This document shows positions 53,478-64,000 of a stretch of 64,000 nt of DNA, piece by piece. The first letter of the stretch is position 1. Each line of letters begins with the position of its first letter. The position numbers and the translations under genes were made by a program. The notes beneath the pieces are model-generated. The model searched no databases. It was not told where the DNA came from and saw nothing but the letters and a program-made list of their open reading frames with translations. Origin of the DNA: Candidatus Latescibacterota bacterium (GTDB taxonomy: Bacteria; Latescibacterota; UBA2968); the NCBI GenBank assembly GCA_965198115.1, contig OZ240241.1, positions 7,648,001 through 7,712,000 on the forward strand. Direction: 5' to 3'.

Positions 53478-56455
53478 ATGGAGGCCCGAAGAATGACCGC
53501 GAAGCTCGAACTTCGAATACCGCCATCATCATCGCGCCACCTGCTCAAGGCCCTACGTCTTGCGCGGACCTTCGAAGATTTCAGAGAACCCAGGGGACGG
53601 TCCGACTCCTACACGATCCGCGTGGGGCAGGACGAACTACGCATCCGGTACAAAGCCGTCGAGCGACTCTACCGCATGACCCGCGGCTGGAGGGGCACAG
53701 AGCTACGGGTAGCAGGTAAACCGGCAGACCTGAAGGCGATGAACGCTATCGTGAGCGTCTTCCGGTGTGCGGAACATCGGGACCTCACGGCTATTCCAGA
53801 TGCCTACTGCCAGCCAGGCGAAGAAGGCTGGGGATGCAAGCACCTGGACCAGATTCGCGCTGACCTGCCTGTGGTCGTGTGGCAGCTGGACCAGACAAAC
53901 TACGCCTTCTGGTTCCAGTTTGGAGAGTTCACTCAGGACGGCAAGACGTGGAAAGTTGACAAGCCCGCCCTTCGCAAGGCGTTGATGCGGGAGGCATCTG
54001 CCAAGCATCTCACGATGTGTCCGTTCTTCAGCCGGGACCGGATCAAGCAGCGGGTGGCCGCTCTGCCTGCAAATCTGGAACTGGGGGAAGGATCAGCCTG
54101 GGCCCCCCGATGCAAGACCGACATGACCGGAGCGGGGCAACGGCAGCCGTTCGGTATTCAGCCTCGGGAGCTGGACCGGGACGATCCTCTGTCCTTATCT
54201 GTATCCGTTGATCCAGAGCCCGACGGAACACCGAAACAGGAGCGGCAGATCCCCGTTGTCTCCTTCCAGGACATTGGTGGGATGGACGAGGTCGTGACTA
54301 AGGTCCGAGAAGTCGTCGAGCTGCCCATTCGGCATCCTGAGCTGATGAAGCACCTGGGGATCACACCGCACAAGGGTGTCATCCTCTACGGGCCGCCTGG
54401 TTGCGGAAAGACGTTGTTGGCCAAGGCCATCGCCAACGAGGTGAACGCCCATTTTGCCTCGGTGAAGGGACCCGAACTCTACAGCAAGTGGGTGGGAGAG
54501 TCCGAAGAACGGCTTCGCGCGCTCTTTGACCACGCGCGTGAGTTCGCTCCCTCCATCGTCTTCTTCGACGAAATCGACGCCATTGCCTCCCGGCGCTCGG
54601 GGAACGATGCTAATCGGCATAGCGCCGCCTTCCTCAACCAGCTCCTGACCCTGATGGATGGTGTGGAGACCTATACGAACGTGTTCATCCTCGGAGCTAC
54701 AAATCGGCTGGAGCTATTGGATGAAGCCATCCTGCGTCCCGGGCGGTTCGACTACGCGCTGGAGGTGAAGAGACCCTCCCCGGAGGGCTGCCGTAAAATT
54801 CTGGGGATCCACACGCACCGTATGCCACTCGGCGCTGGCGTGGACTTAGGGTTTGCCACGAAATAAGTGCTGCACTTTTCAAGGTAATGATCTTACGCTC
54901 GGAGTGTGGACGTCGAAACTCTCCGAACGAAGTATGAAGCCTTGGCTCCGGTGCTGACGGAACGCACGCGTCGTCTGTGGGCCGCCACGGAAGCCGAAGC
55001 GTTGGGTCACGGTGGGATCGCGATTGTGGCTCTGGCGACAGGAATGTCCAGAGAGCGGATCTTTCGTGGCATTCAGGAGTTGAGGTCGGACGAACCTTTG
55101 GACCCGGCTCGCATCCGGCGTCCAGGCGGCGGTCGTAAGCGGAAGGCCGACACGGACCCGACGCTGTGGCAGGACCTGAATGATCTGGTCGAGCCAACGA
55201 CTGCGGGGTCGCCTGACGACAATCCTCTGAGATGGACATCGAAGAGCACTCGCAAACTGGCCGCCGAGTTGCAAGCGATGGGGCATTCGGTGAGCCCCAG
55301 GATCGTTGCCAATCTCCTGCACGAACACGATTACACGCTGCAGGCGAATCGGAAGACAAGGGAGGGATCTGCACACCCGGATCGGGACGCTCAGTTCGTT
55401 TACCTCGATGATCGGATTAGCCAGCAGCAGCAGCAGGGCCTTCCCGTTATCTCGGTGGACACCAAGAAGAAAGAGTTGATCGGCGACTTCAAGAATCCTG
55501 GCCGAGAATGGCGACCCAAGGGAGACCCGGAGCGTGTGAAGGTACACGATTTCATAGTGCCTGCTCAGGGCAAGGCGATCCCTTATGGAGTGTATGATCT
55601 GAGCCGTGATGAAGGCTGGGTAAGTGTCGGTATCGATCACGACACGGCCAGCTTCGCCGTGAATGCGATCCGAAGTTGGTGGAAGAACATGGGACGGCCC
55701 GCCTACGGCACTTCGACGCATCTGCTAATCACGGCGGACGCAGGCGGCAGCAACGGCGCCAAGACGCGGCTGTGGAAGTGGGAGCTGCAGCGCTTTGCGA
55801 ATCGCACTGGCCTGACGATCACCGTATGCCACTACCCTCCTGGCACTAGTAAGTGGAACAAGATCGAACATCGCCTGTTCTCCTTCATCGCTATGAACTG
55901 GGCGAGGCAAGCCCCTGGTCAGCCTGGCTGCAACCGTGAATCTCATTGCCGGAACGACCACTCAAGCCGGTCTCCGAGTACGCTCCGAGATCGACAAGCG
56001 ACCCTACCCTAACGGGGTCAAGGTGACCGATGAACAGATGACCCAAATCGATCTCACTCCGCACGATTTCCACGGCGACTGGAACTACACGATCCGGCCA
56101 ATGGCTCAACATTGAGATCGACCGTTTATTTATTCGCGAACCCTTAGATGCGATCGCAGCGGAGTTGGAAGGCCGCACTGGAGCTGAAATCGCCTATGTC
56201 GCACGGGAGGCCGCCTACAATTGCCTGCGGCGGCGTGTCCAAATCGAAGACCTGGTAGGGGAAGGAGGTCCAGAGGTCGACTTCTCGGACTTCGAGGTCT
56301 CTGAACAGGATTTCATGACGGCGGTTCAAGGCGCTTCCACTGGACGGTCGGGAACTCGGGCATCGGAGCAGAACGGAAAGCCGGGCGTTCCGATAAGCAC
56401 CGATCCAAAACCACTACCCAAAACACCCAAAAAGACGCTTGGAAAGGAGGATTGA
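53478..56455 (+). pseudogene. Single-module CDC48/PAN-like AAA+ ATPase with a Cys-rich N-domain, split by ISAzo13 copy 2
   Basis: [32 protein letters not shown]; rejoined at TTA reads GVDLDAIAAELEGRTGAEI. Confidence 0.9.
54849..56143 (+). mobile_element. ISAzo13-family element (copy 2); transposase frameshifted near 55900
   Basis: TSD TTA at 54846-54848 and 56144-56146; near-identical to copy 1. Confidence 0.95.
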
Positions 56456-56554
56456 AAACCCTAAATACACACCCGTCCGAGACCCTGAAATCGCCGCACC
56501 TAAGTGGCTCCATTAGGCCGATCATGACTGGCCTCATTAGGGCGATCATTGACA
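56385..56554 (+). mobile_element. IS21-family right-end remnant
   Basis: Repeated CATTAGG(C/G)CGATCAT ending in TTGACA; related to the end at 35868. Confidence 0.75.
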
Positions 56555-56724
56555 TTCGGCGGATTCACCCACATTGTTCTGAGAGCGATGATGGACTACA
56601 GCCGTCCGGCCTACTTCTGCGCTACCCGATTTCCTGATAGGGTCGCTCAACTCAGAATTCTGTCGTGGCTCCCCCGCCACATCTGGTTGGGCCCTCACGT
56701 CACGAGCCACGAGGTGCTGGAAGA

Positions 56725-57005
56725 GCTTGGACTACGTGCCCAAGTTCTTCCGCGAACTCTCCGTGGCGCAGACCGATGGCAGTCTCACCCGCCTGCTCAG
56801 AAAACTGGCACGAGCCGATCTCCTCGTCATCGACGACTGGGGCCTCTCACCCCTCCCGATCAGTATCGACTGTTCCTCGAGATCCTTGATGACCGCTAGG
56901 GCACCGGTGCCACCCTCATCACCAGTCAATACCCGGTCAACACCTGGCACGAACTTGCCGGCGATCCCACCGTGGGCGACGCCATCCTCGACCGACTATA
57001 AGTGA
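56725..57005 (+). pseudogene. istB: IS21 helper ATPase fragment
   Basis: [53 protein letters not shown]. Confidence 0.85.
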
Positions 57006-57065
57006 GGTGAAGGGGCGACACCCGACCGCGAAAAAGTCTAGGCCAACTGGGTCAAGGAGAAAAGG

Positions 57066-57959
57066 ATGCCTCGTGAGCGTAGGCTGGCCGTAGCACTGTT
57101 CGTTTTGATGACTGCATCCTCGGCATCGGCCTGGTGGGGGGGCGGCCACGACATTCTATCGCAGGCGGCCGTCACAGCCCTACCGGACGAAATGCCCGCC
57201 TTCTTTCGGGCGGGCGCCAGGGGCGTCGCCCACGCGTCCTACGATCCGGACATTTCGAAGAACCGCGACGCCCCGATCGTATCGGCAGCCGAACACGGTG
57301 AGCATTTCCTCGATCTGGAACTGCTGGACGGAAGAGCACTTCCCACCGATCGCTTCACTTTCATCGCGCTCTGCCACGAGTTGGGCCAGAAGCCTGAGGA
57401 GGTAGGATTTCTACCCTATGCCCTGGCCGAATGGACCGAGCGTCTTGCGGTTGCCTTCGCCGAGCATCGGAAGTGGCCGGAGAATCCCTACATCCAGAGC
57501 AAGTGCCTGCTCTACGCGGGCTTCGTCGCACACTATGCGCAGGATCTTTGTCAGCCGCTGCATCTGACGATTCACTTCAACGGTCGTATCGGACCTGATG
57601 GCGAGAAGGTGCACCGAGGCATTCACGAGAAAGTGGACGCCCTTCCGGAGTTTTTCGAGATGTCGCCGGCCGATCTGGCGAAGGGAATCGAGGTCACAGC
57701 TGCCGATTCGCTGATGCCGTCGATCCTGGCTCAGTTCAAGACCGGGTTTGGGCTCGTCGAAGATACCTACGTGCTCGGAGAGCTACTCCCTCGCTACAGC
57801 CAGAAGGGCTGGGAGCCGAACGAAGCCGTTTCCAAGTTCGCGAAGGAGCGTGCGACGGAGTCTGTGCGATTTACGGCATCCTTGTTTTTGACTGCGTGGC
57901 GCCGGTCGGCTGACATCGGGCTTCACGGATGGCTCGACCGCTCGGTGGACACGAAGTAG
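57066..57959 (+). CDS. Secreted S1/P1 nuclease / Zn phospholipase C family protein
   Basis: Signal peptide then W-WGGGH, PD, EHFLDLE, HYAQDLCQPLH, GIHE. Confidence 0.85.
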   Translation: MPRERRLAVALFVLMTASSASAWWGGGHDILSQAAVTALPDEMPAFFRAGARGVAHASYDPDISKNRDAPIVSAAEHGEHFLDLELLDGRALPTDRFTFIALCHELGQKPEEVGFLPYALAEWTERLAVAFAEHRKWPENPYIQSKCLLYAGFVAHYAQDLCQPLHLTIHFNGRIGPDGEKVHRGIHEKVDALPEFFEMSPADLAKGIEVTAADSLMPSILAQFKTGFGLVEDTYVLGELLPRYSQKGWEPNEAVSKFAKERATESVRFTASLFLTAWRRSADIGLHGWLDRSVDTK

Positions 57960-58931
57960 ATGTACGCGCGTGAAACGGATGTTGCACTGGCATCAGTGAG
58001 GGAGGCAGCCGGTCTTTGCGAGCGCGTTCGAGAGGAGCTCACGGCCGGCTTTGCGATCGAAAAGCCCGACAACAGCCCCGTGACGGTGGCCGACTTCGGG
58101 TCGCAGGCTCTGATCTGCCGACGGCTGGCAGAGGCGTTCCCCGAGGATTCGATCGTCGCAGAGGAAAGTGCTGCGGATCTGGAGAAGCCGGAATACGGTG
58201 GGTTGATGTCGGCCGTGCGATCGCACGTGATGGCGTGTGGGTATGGTGCGAGCGATGAAGTCGTTCGCGGATGGATCGATCGAGGAACCGGCGACGTGGC
58301 GGACCGATACTGGACGATCGATCCGATCGACGGAACCAAAGGGTTTCTACAACGCGACCAGTATGCGGTTGCGCTGGCGTTGGTCGTCGGTAGTCAGGTC
58401 GTGGTCGCGGCTCTTGCGTGCCCCGCACTCAAGACGAGGAATCGAACGGGTGCGATGTTTCTCGCAGTCAGGAATGAAGGCGCCTGGCCGATTTCTCCAG
58501 ATGACAGACGCCAACGCATCGAGGTCACGGTCGAGCCGTCGCCGGCGTCTTGGCGATTCGTCGAGAGCGTCGAGTCCTCGCACGGGAACCCCGATCTTCA
58601 GTCGGCGGTCGCCAGGGCAGCGGCGATCGAGGCGCCGTCGCTTCGGATGGATAGTCAGGCTAAATACGCGGCCGTCGCGCGAGGTGACGCGGTTCTGTAT
58701 CTGCGACTGCCCCCGAGCGACGGACCCTACACCGAGAAGATCTGGGATCACGCGGCCGGATCGCTGATCGTGGAGGAGGCGGGGGGACGTGTTACGGATA
58801 TGTATGGCGATCCCCTCGATTTTCGGGCCGGTTCACGGATGCGGCAGAATCAGGGTGTGATCGTGAGCAACGGGCAAATTCACGACCGGGTGATCGAGGC
58901 CCTGGCGAAGCTGGCCGGAACGGCGATCTGA
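57960..58931 (+). CDS. 3'(2'),5'-bisphosphate nucleotidase, HAL2-type
   Basis: KPDNSPVTVADFGSQA, AEE, WTIDPIDGTKGFL, ESVESSH, RMDSQAKY, EKIWDHAAG. Confidence 0.92.
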   Translation: MYARETDVALASVREAAGLCERVREELTAGFAIEKPDNSPVTVADFGSQALICRRLAEAFPEDSIVAEESAADLEKPEYGGLMSAVRSHVMACGYGASDEVVRGWIDRGTGDVADRYWTIDPIDGTKGFLQRDQYAVALALVVGSQVVVAALACPALKTRNRTGAMFLAVRNEGAWPISPDDRRQRIEVTVEPSPASWRFVESVESSHGNPDLQSAVARAAAIEAPSLRMDSQAKYAAVARGDAVLYLRLPPSDGPYTEKIWDHAAGSLIVEEAGGRVTDMYGDPLDFRAGSRMRQNQGVIVSNGQIHDRVIEALAKLAGTAI

Positions 58932-58941
58932 GGCCGCGGTC

Positions 58942-59691
58942 GTGATTCGGGACTTCTCGTCGGTCGTGGATCGGATTCGGGCGCTGGATGGACTTCAATC
59001 GCGTGTGCTGGACGAAGTGGCAGGGTATCCGGTCATCGCTGTCGAGACTTTGTCAGATGAAGGCCAGCCGGCAGTTTTTATCAACGGGGGCACACACGGT
59101 GATGAGCCGGCCGGTGTCGAGGCTGCGCTGACGTTTCTGGAAGACGCGATTGTTCGATGGGGTCGGCACTTTCGTTTGACCGTCGTTCCGTGTCTCTGTC
59201 CCTTCGCCTGGGTCGCCGATCAGCGTCTGAACGCCCAGGATGTGGACATTAACTGGGCGTTTCTGCGCGACGACGTGCCAGAAATCGCCTGCGTCAAGAA
59301 GGTGGTTTCCAATCAGCGTTTCCGATGCGTCCTGGATCTTCACGAGGATTGGGAAAGCCCGGGCTATTACCTTTATGAGCAGTACAGGTTGAAGTCGATC
59401 GGTCGCTCGATCACCGATCGTGTTCGAACGGTCTGCCCGGTCGATTCCCGGACTTGCATCGAAGGAGAGGATGCTGTCGCGGGCGTGATTCATCCCAATA
59501 TGGACGTTCCCAAGCGACGCGATGGAAGTGGTATCCCGATCTCCCTGTTCAGGAACGAACACACCGAGACCATGATCACCTCGGAGTCACCCAGTCGTCT
59601 GGCGCTCGACATCCGTGTGCGTGCTCATCTGATGGCCCTGGAAGCCGCTTTGGAGCAGCACCTCGATGAGGCGCATCGGATCGATGCGTAG
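58942..59691 (+). CDS. M14/succinylglutamate desuccinylase-aspartoacylase family
   Basis: GGTHGDEPAG, R.N..DIN, LDLHED, ITSESP. Confidence 0.85.
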   Translation: MIRDFSSVVDRIRALDGLQSRVLDEVAGYPVIAVETLSDEGQPAVFINGGTHGDEPAGVEAALTFLEDAIVRWGRHFRLTVVPCLCPFAWVADQRLNAQDVDINWAFLRDDVPEIACVKKVVSNQRFRCVLDLHEDWESPGYYLYEQYRLKSIGRSITDRVRTVCPVDSRTCIEGEDAVAGVIHPNMDVPKRRDGSGIPISLFRNEHTETMITSESPSRLALDIRVRAHLMALEAALEQHLDEAHRIDA

Positions 59692-59953
59692 GGATTTCGA
59701 ACGTGCTCGGGAACGCCCGGCGTACACGATCAAGGCGGATGCTGCGGTCGAACCGGAGCTGACACGCGAGGATTGGCAGGATCTTCGGCGTGGGGCCGAG
59801 CTTTTCAACGGTGCGCCGATCGATGGACTCATCAAAGAAAACCAAACAGATCTCGACCTGACCCCCTTTGAGGTTACGGCGCAGGATTTCCAAAAGGCCC
59901 TTGAGACCATGGGCGGTTCCGGCTCCAGGACCCTCTCCCAGATGCGACCCTAA
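59684..59953 (+). pseudogene. Chimera: DUF309-like N-terminus joined to an AAA-ATPase-like tail
   Basis: LRRGAELFNG (DUF309 start) then IDGLIKENQTDLDLTPFEVTAQDFQKAL. Confidence 0.5.
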
Positions 59954-59980
59954 AATGGACAGGGCAGCACAGATAAATAG

Positions 59981-60302
59981 GGCTCTATCCGGGTTTCTCA
60001 ACGGTGAAACTATAGAATGACAAGGTCATAGATCGTTCCCTACGCTTGGTTGTGTGTGTAGGACAATCAAAGCGAAGGGGGTGCGACCTATGACCGGGAG
60101 CAGATTACTATCGAAACTGCTGAGATTCAAGGGGTTCCGTGTTGTCAGCTGGTGGTTTGAGGGGAGAAGCTGTTTCGTCATCGCCGTAAAGCCCCATAAG
60201 AATGGTTGTTGTTGTCCGGAGTGCGGCCGTCGAGGTAAAATCGTCCGCACAATGCCCCATCCGCGTCGGTGGCGTGACATTCCGGTGTGCGGGTGGAGGG
60301 TC
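59981..60302 (+). mobile_element. Truncated ISL3 (left end only)
   Basis: Matches the ISL3 copies up to GGGTGGAGGGTC, then joins IS256 sequence. Confidence 0.92.
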
Positions 60303-60591
60303 AGATACACGGATCCCTTCTGGCTTCCCCACCGACGATGCGCCTGCTCCGAACCTTTGCGCGCATACCGAACGCCTGCGAGCTGCTCGACCTCCTGCTG
60401 GAGGAGGTCTGCCACTGCCTCCAGACCCAACGGGATCAACGCCTGGATCACCGACAAACGCGTCTCCAAATCGATGACATCGCCCTCAACCTTGACTTCA
60501 CCATCGCCTGCAAATAGCTTCTCCATCTGGGCTCCTTTCTTACGGGTATACGCTCCTACACGTCTACCCAACGTAAGTTTGGAGCCCTCTA
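60301..60591 (-). mobile_element. IS256 type A fragment
   Basis: Near-identical to 45545-45835. Confidence 0.92.
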
Positions 60592-61855
60592 AGTGCATGG
60601 TTTCATAAACATTATTACGTATGTTCTGAACATTATTTGTAGCTTATGTTCTCCTTCAAAAGGAGGAGAACAATGCCAAGACGTTCGCCTTATGTGGTGC
60701 TACTGTCTGAGAAGGAACGGGTCGACCTCGAGCGAATGGCTGGACAATATACGTTACCGTATTATCAAGTGATCCGATCGAAAATCGTGCTTCTCGCCGC
60801 CGAGGGATTATCCAACAAGATTATCGCCCAACGGTTGGATGTCCCGCGTCCGATCGTAAGCAAATGGCGTAAGCGCTTTTTCGAAGAGCGTCTTTCGGGA
60901 CTCGAAGATAGATCTCGTCCCGGGCGCCCGCCCGGTTTTCCCCCCTCAGGTGGTCGTTCAGATCAAGGCGCTGGCGTGTGAACTACCGAGCGAGAGCGGG
61001 ATACCGCTCTCGCGGTTCAGCTGTTCCGAGATTGCCGCCGAGGCAGTGCAAAGGGGCTTCGTTGCCAAGATCAGCGGCGCCACTGTCTGGCGCTGGTTGA
61101 ACGAGGACGCGATTCGTCCTTGGTATCATCGCTCCTGGATTTTCCCACGGGACCCGGACTTCCAAACCAAAGCAGGTAGAGTCCTTGATCTGTATCACCG
61201 CCAATGGCAAGGAAAGCCTTTAGGGCCGAGGGAATATGTACTTTCTGCCGACGAAAAGACCAGTATTCAAGCACGAGCTCGCAAGCACGTTACCCTACCG
61301 CCAGCCTCGAACAGAGCGGCACGCGTTGAAACACGAATACGAGCGGAAAGGAGCCCTGGCCTATCTGGCTGCTCTCGACGTGCACAATGGTCGAATCTTC
61401 GGTCTCTGTGAGTCTTCTTCGGGTATCGAGCCCTTCAACCGGCTCCTGAGCCTGATCATGAGCCGGAAACCCTATTGCTCGGCAAAGAAAGTCTACCTCA
61501 TCGTGGATAATGGCTCCTCGCACCGAGGGCAAACATGCATCGACCGTATCCAGGGGAAGTGGCCAAACATCCACCCCGTTCACCTTCCGATCCACGCAAG
61601 CTGGCTCAATCAGATCGAGATCTACTTCTCGATCCTCAAACGCAAGGCTCTGACACCTATCGAATTTGCATCGCTCGAAGAGCTTGAGGCAAGAATCCTC
61701 GGTTTTCAGGAACGCTACGGACGTATCGCCACACCCTTCAAATGGAAGTTCACACGAACAGATCTCGCGGAGATGATCGACAAACTCAGGTTCTACGATA
61801 CGCCCTTGGCAAAGTCTGCTTAGAATACGTCACCGTATTTGAGAACAGGAGTACT
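60592..61855 (+). mobile_element. IS630-family element
   Basis: TA on both sides (60590-60591, 61856-61857); HTH orf 60673 with TTTTCCCCC frameshift site; LSADEKT, LIVDNGSSH, ASWLNQIEIYFS; extra frameshift near 61330. Confidence 0.9.
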
Positions 61856-61857
61856 TA

Positions 61858-64000
61858 GTCGCGTGTCGAGTTGGTCCATGACGCGGTGAAGCTCGCCCAT
61901 GACATCGCGGTTGAAATCCTCGGGCAGGCTCCGACCTTCGACGAGTTGATCGATTAGGTCAGACTTGGTTTCCAGCACGGTACGGACGAATTCCTCGACC
62001 GTACCGGTTCCTACCATATAGGTGACATTGACCGCTTGTGTCTGGCCGATACGATAAGCTCGATCCTCGGCCTGCCAATGATTGGAAGGTTGCCAGTCGA
62101 GGTCGTTGAACACGACCTGGCGTGCAGCGGTGAGGTTCAGGCCGATGCCGCCCGCGACGATATTGGCGGCGAGGACGCGAACGTTGTCGTCATCCTGAAA
62201 GCGGTCGGCGATGCCCTGCCTTTGAGCGGTCGGTGTGTTGCCCGAGATGGAAACGGCCAGATCGCCGAATTTCTTCTGGATGATTTTTGGCTCTATCCGG
62301 GTTTCTCAACGGTGAAACTATAGAATGACAAGGTCATAGATCGTTCCCTACGCTTGGTTGTGTGTGTAGGACAATCAAAGCGAAGGGGGTGCGACCTATG
62401 ACCGGGAGCAGATTACTATCGAAACTGCTGAGATTCAAGGGGTTCCGTGTTGTCAGCTGGTGGTTTGAGGGGAGAAGCTGTTTCGTCATCGCCGTAAAGC
62501 CACATAAGAATGGTTGTGTTGTTGTCCGGAGTGCGGCCGTCGAGGTAAAATCGTCCGCACAATGCCCCATCCGCGTCGGTGGCGTGACATTCCGGTGTGC
62601 GGGTGGAGGGTCTGGCTTCTCTACCATCCTCGGGAGATTCGGTGTCCTACCCACGGTCGTGTGGTCGAGGAGATTCCGTGGGCGGAGCGGTTCTCTCGGG
62701 TGACGTATCGCTTCGAGTATGCCATGCTGCGCTACTGCCAGACCATGACGCAGAAGGCGGCGTCCGAGTTGCTGCGCATCTCTGCCTCGACGCTGTCGGA
62801 TCTCCTTCACCGATCCATCACGCGGCTTCGTGAAGGTCATCGTATCCGAGGGCTCAAAACCATCGGGATCGACGAGATCTCCTACGCCAAGCGTCACAGG
62901 TACGCCACGCTCGTTTACGATCTGGACCGCTCCTGCGTGGTGTGGGTTGGCCGCGGCAGGGCGCGTAAAACGATCGATCGGTTCTTCACAGAGGCTCTCA
63001 GTCCCTACCAGAGATCCAAGATCGAGTGGGCCTGCTGCGACATGAGCGAAGCTTGAAGCTTACATCGGAGCCATCCAGGAACACTGTCCGAATGCCAAGC
63101 TGGTCCTCGATCGCTTTCACATCGTCAAGGCTCTCAATGCCGCCGTTGACGAGGTCCGTAAGGACCAGTGGCGTAAAGCTGCCCCGGATGAGCGCAAAGC
63201 CATGAAGGGCCTCCGATGGCTCCTCTACCGGCACTCAGCGACACGCTCCAGAGGGGATACTCGGACACTCAAAGCACTGGAGAAGGCGAACTACCGAATC
63301 TATAGAGCCTGGAGACTCAAGGACGAGTTCGAGCAGTTCTGGGAATACAAAGCGCCCTGGGCTGCCGAACGCTTCCTGAAATGCTGGACGACGTCCGCAC
63401 TCAGAAGTCGACTTGAACCCCTGCGAAAGTTCGTCAGGACCCTGCGACAGCACTTCTTCGGCGTCCTCGCATTCGTGAACACGCGTCTTACCAACGCCAT
63501 CGCCGAAGGCCTCAACCGAATCGTCCAAATCGTCAAGAACCGAGCCAGCGGATTCCGCACACTCGACGCATTCAACGATATGATCTTCCTTACCGTCGGA
63601 GACATAAACATCCCTGAGCAGATTCCGAAGAGGTTCCGCACACTCTAACCGCGCCCCCATGCCAGGAACCACGGCACCTTCACCCACTTCATCTCGTTGA
63701 GAGATCCGGATATAGCCTGATTTTTACGGGCTGCACGAAGCAGGAGAAGACGAGGACTTTTTCGCCCTGCTCGACGACGTCTTCGATGAAGGGAATCGTG
63801 CTGCGAACTTTGCTCGTCGCTAGTGCCCTTCGGGCCGAACTAAGCCTGCCGAGGATCCGGCCCTGACGCGACCGGCGTTCCTCGGTTTCCTCTTCTTCGC
63901 GATCTGCGCCGTCACCCCGTCTTGCGCCAAGCGCTTCCATCACGGCCTCGCTCATCCGCTTTGCGACGTTGCTTTTGACTTCGACATCGATCCAGCTACG
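61858..64000 (-). pseudogene. SNF2-family helicase (C-terminal helicase domain), split by ISL3, cut by IS630; 5' part outside the window
   Basis: GEKVLVFS..VKI/IQKKFG..GGIGLNLTAARQVVFNDLDWQPSNHWQAEDRAYRIGQ. Confidence 0.88.
62289..63717 (+). mobile_element. ISL3 element with an inactivated transposase
   Basis: TSD TGATTTTT at 62281-62288 and 63718-63725; 2-bp insertion near 62517 and 7-bp duplication GAAGCTT at 63048-63061. Confidence 0.95.

Noticed and set aside
35868-56554. Two IS21 ends as borders of one large transposon
   Set aside because: Both are right ends of diverged elements, no istA is present, and no shared TSD is visible

Overview
GC-rich bacterial DNA, probably Candidatus Latescibacterota or a relative. 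This is an inference from the cohesin/dockerin-like/FlgD-Ig surface proteins and the many PhyH, enolase and amidohydrolase genes. About 30% of the window (roughly 19 kb) is insertion sequence: about 19 elements or remnants from 9 families (IS1595, IS200/IS605, ISAzo13, ISL3, IS3, IS21, IS256, IS1182, IS630). Several are nested or have mismatched target-site duplications (TSDs), and more than a dozen host genes are frameshifted, stopped or truncated. The best hidden signal, missed by the ORF track, is a secreted thioredoxin-fold selenoprotein (U-H-L-C motif, TGA at 44306-44308, followed by a bacterial SECIS hairpin) fused to a dockerin-like double EF-hand module. The same module occurs in a tandem BsuPI-domain protein and in two cohesin-rich surface proteins, suggesting a cohesin-dockerin assembly carrying redox and protease-inhibitor cargo rather than glycoside hydrolases. 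No rRNA, tRNA or CRISPR array was seen.
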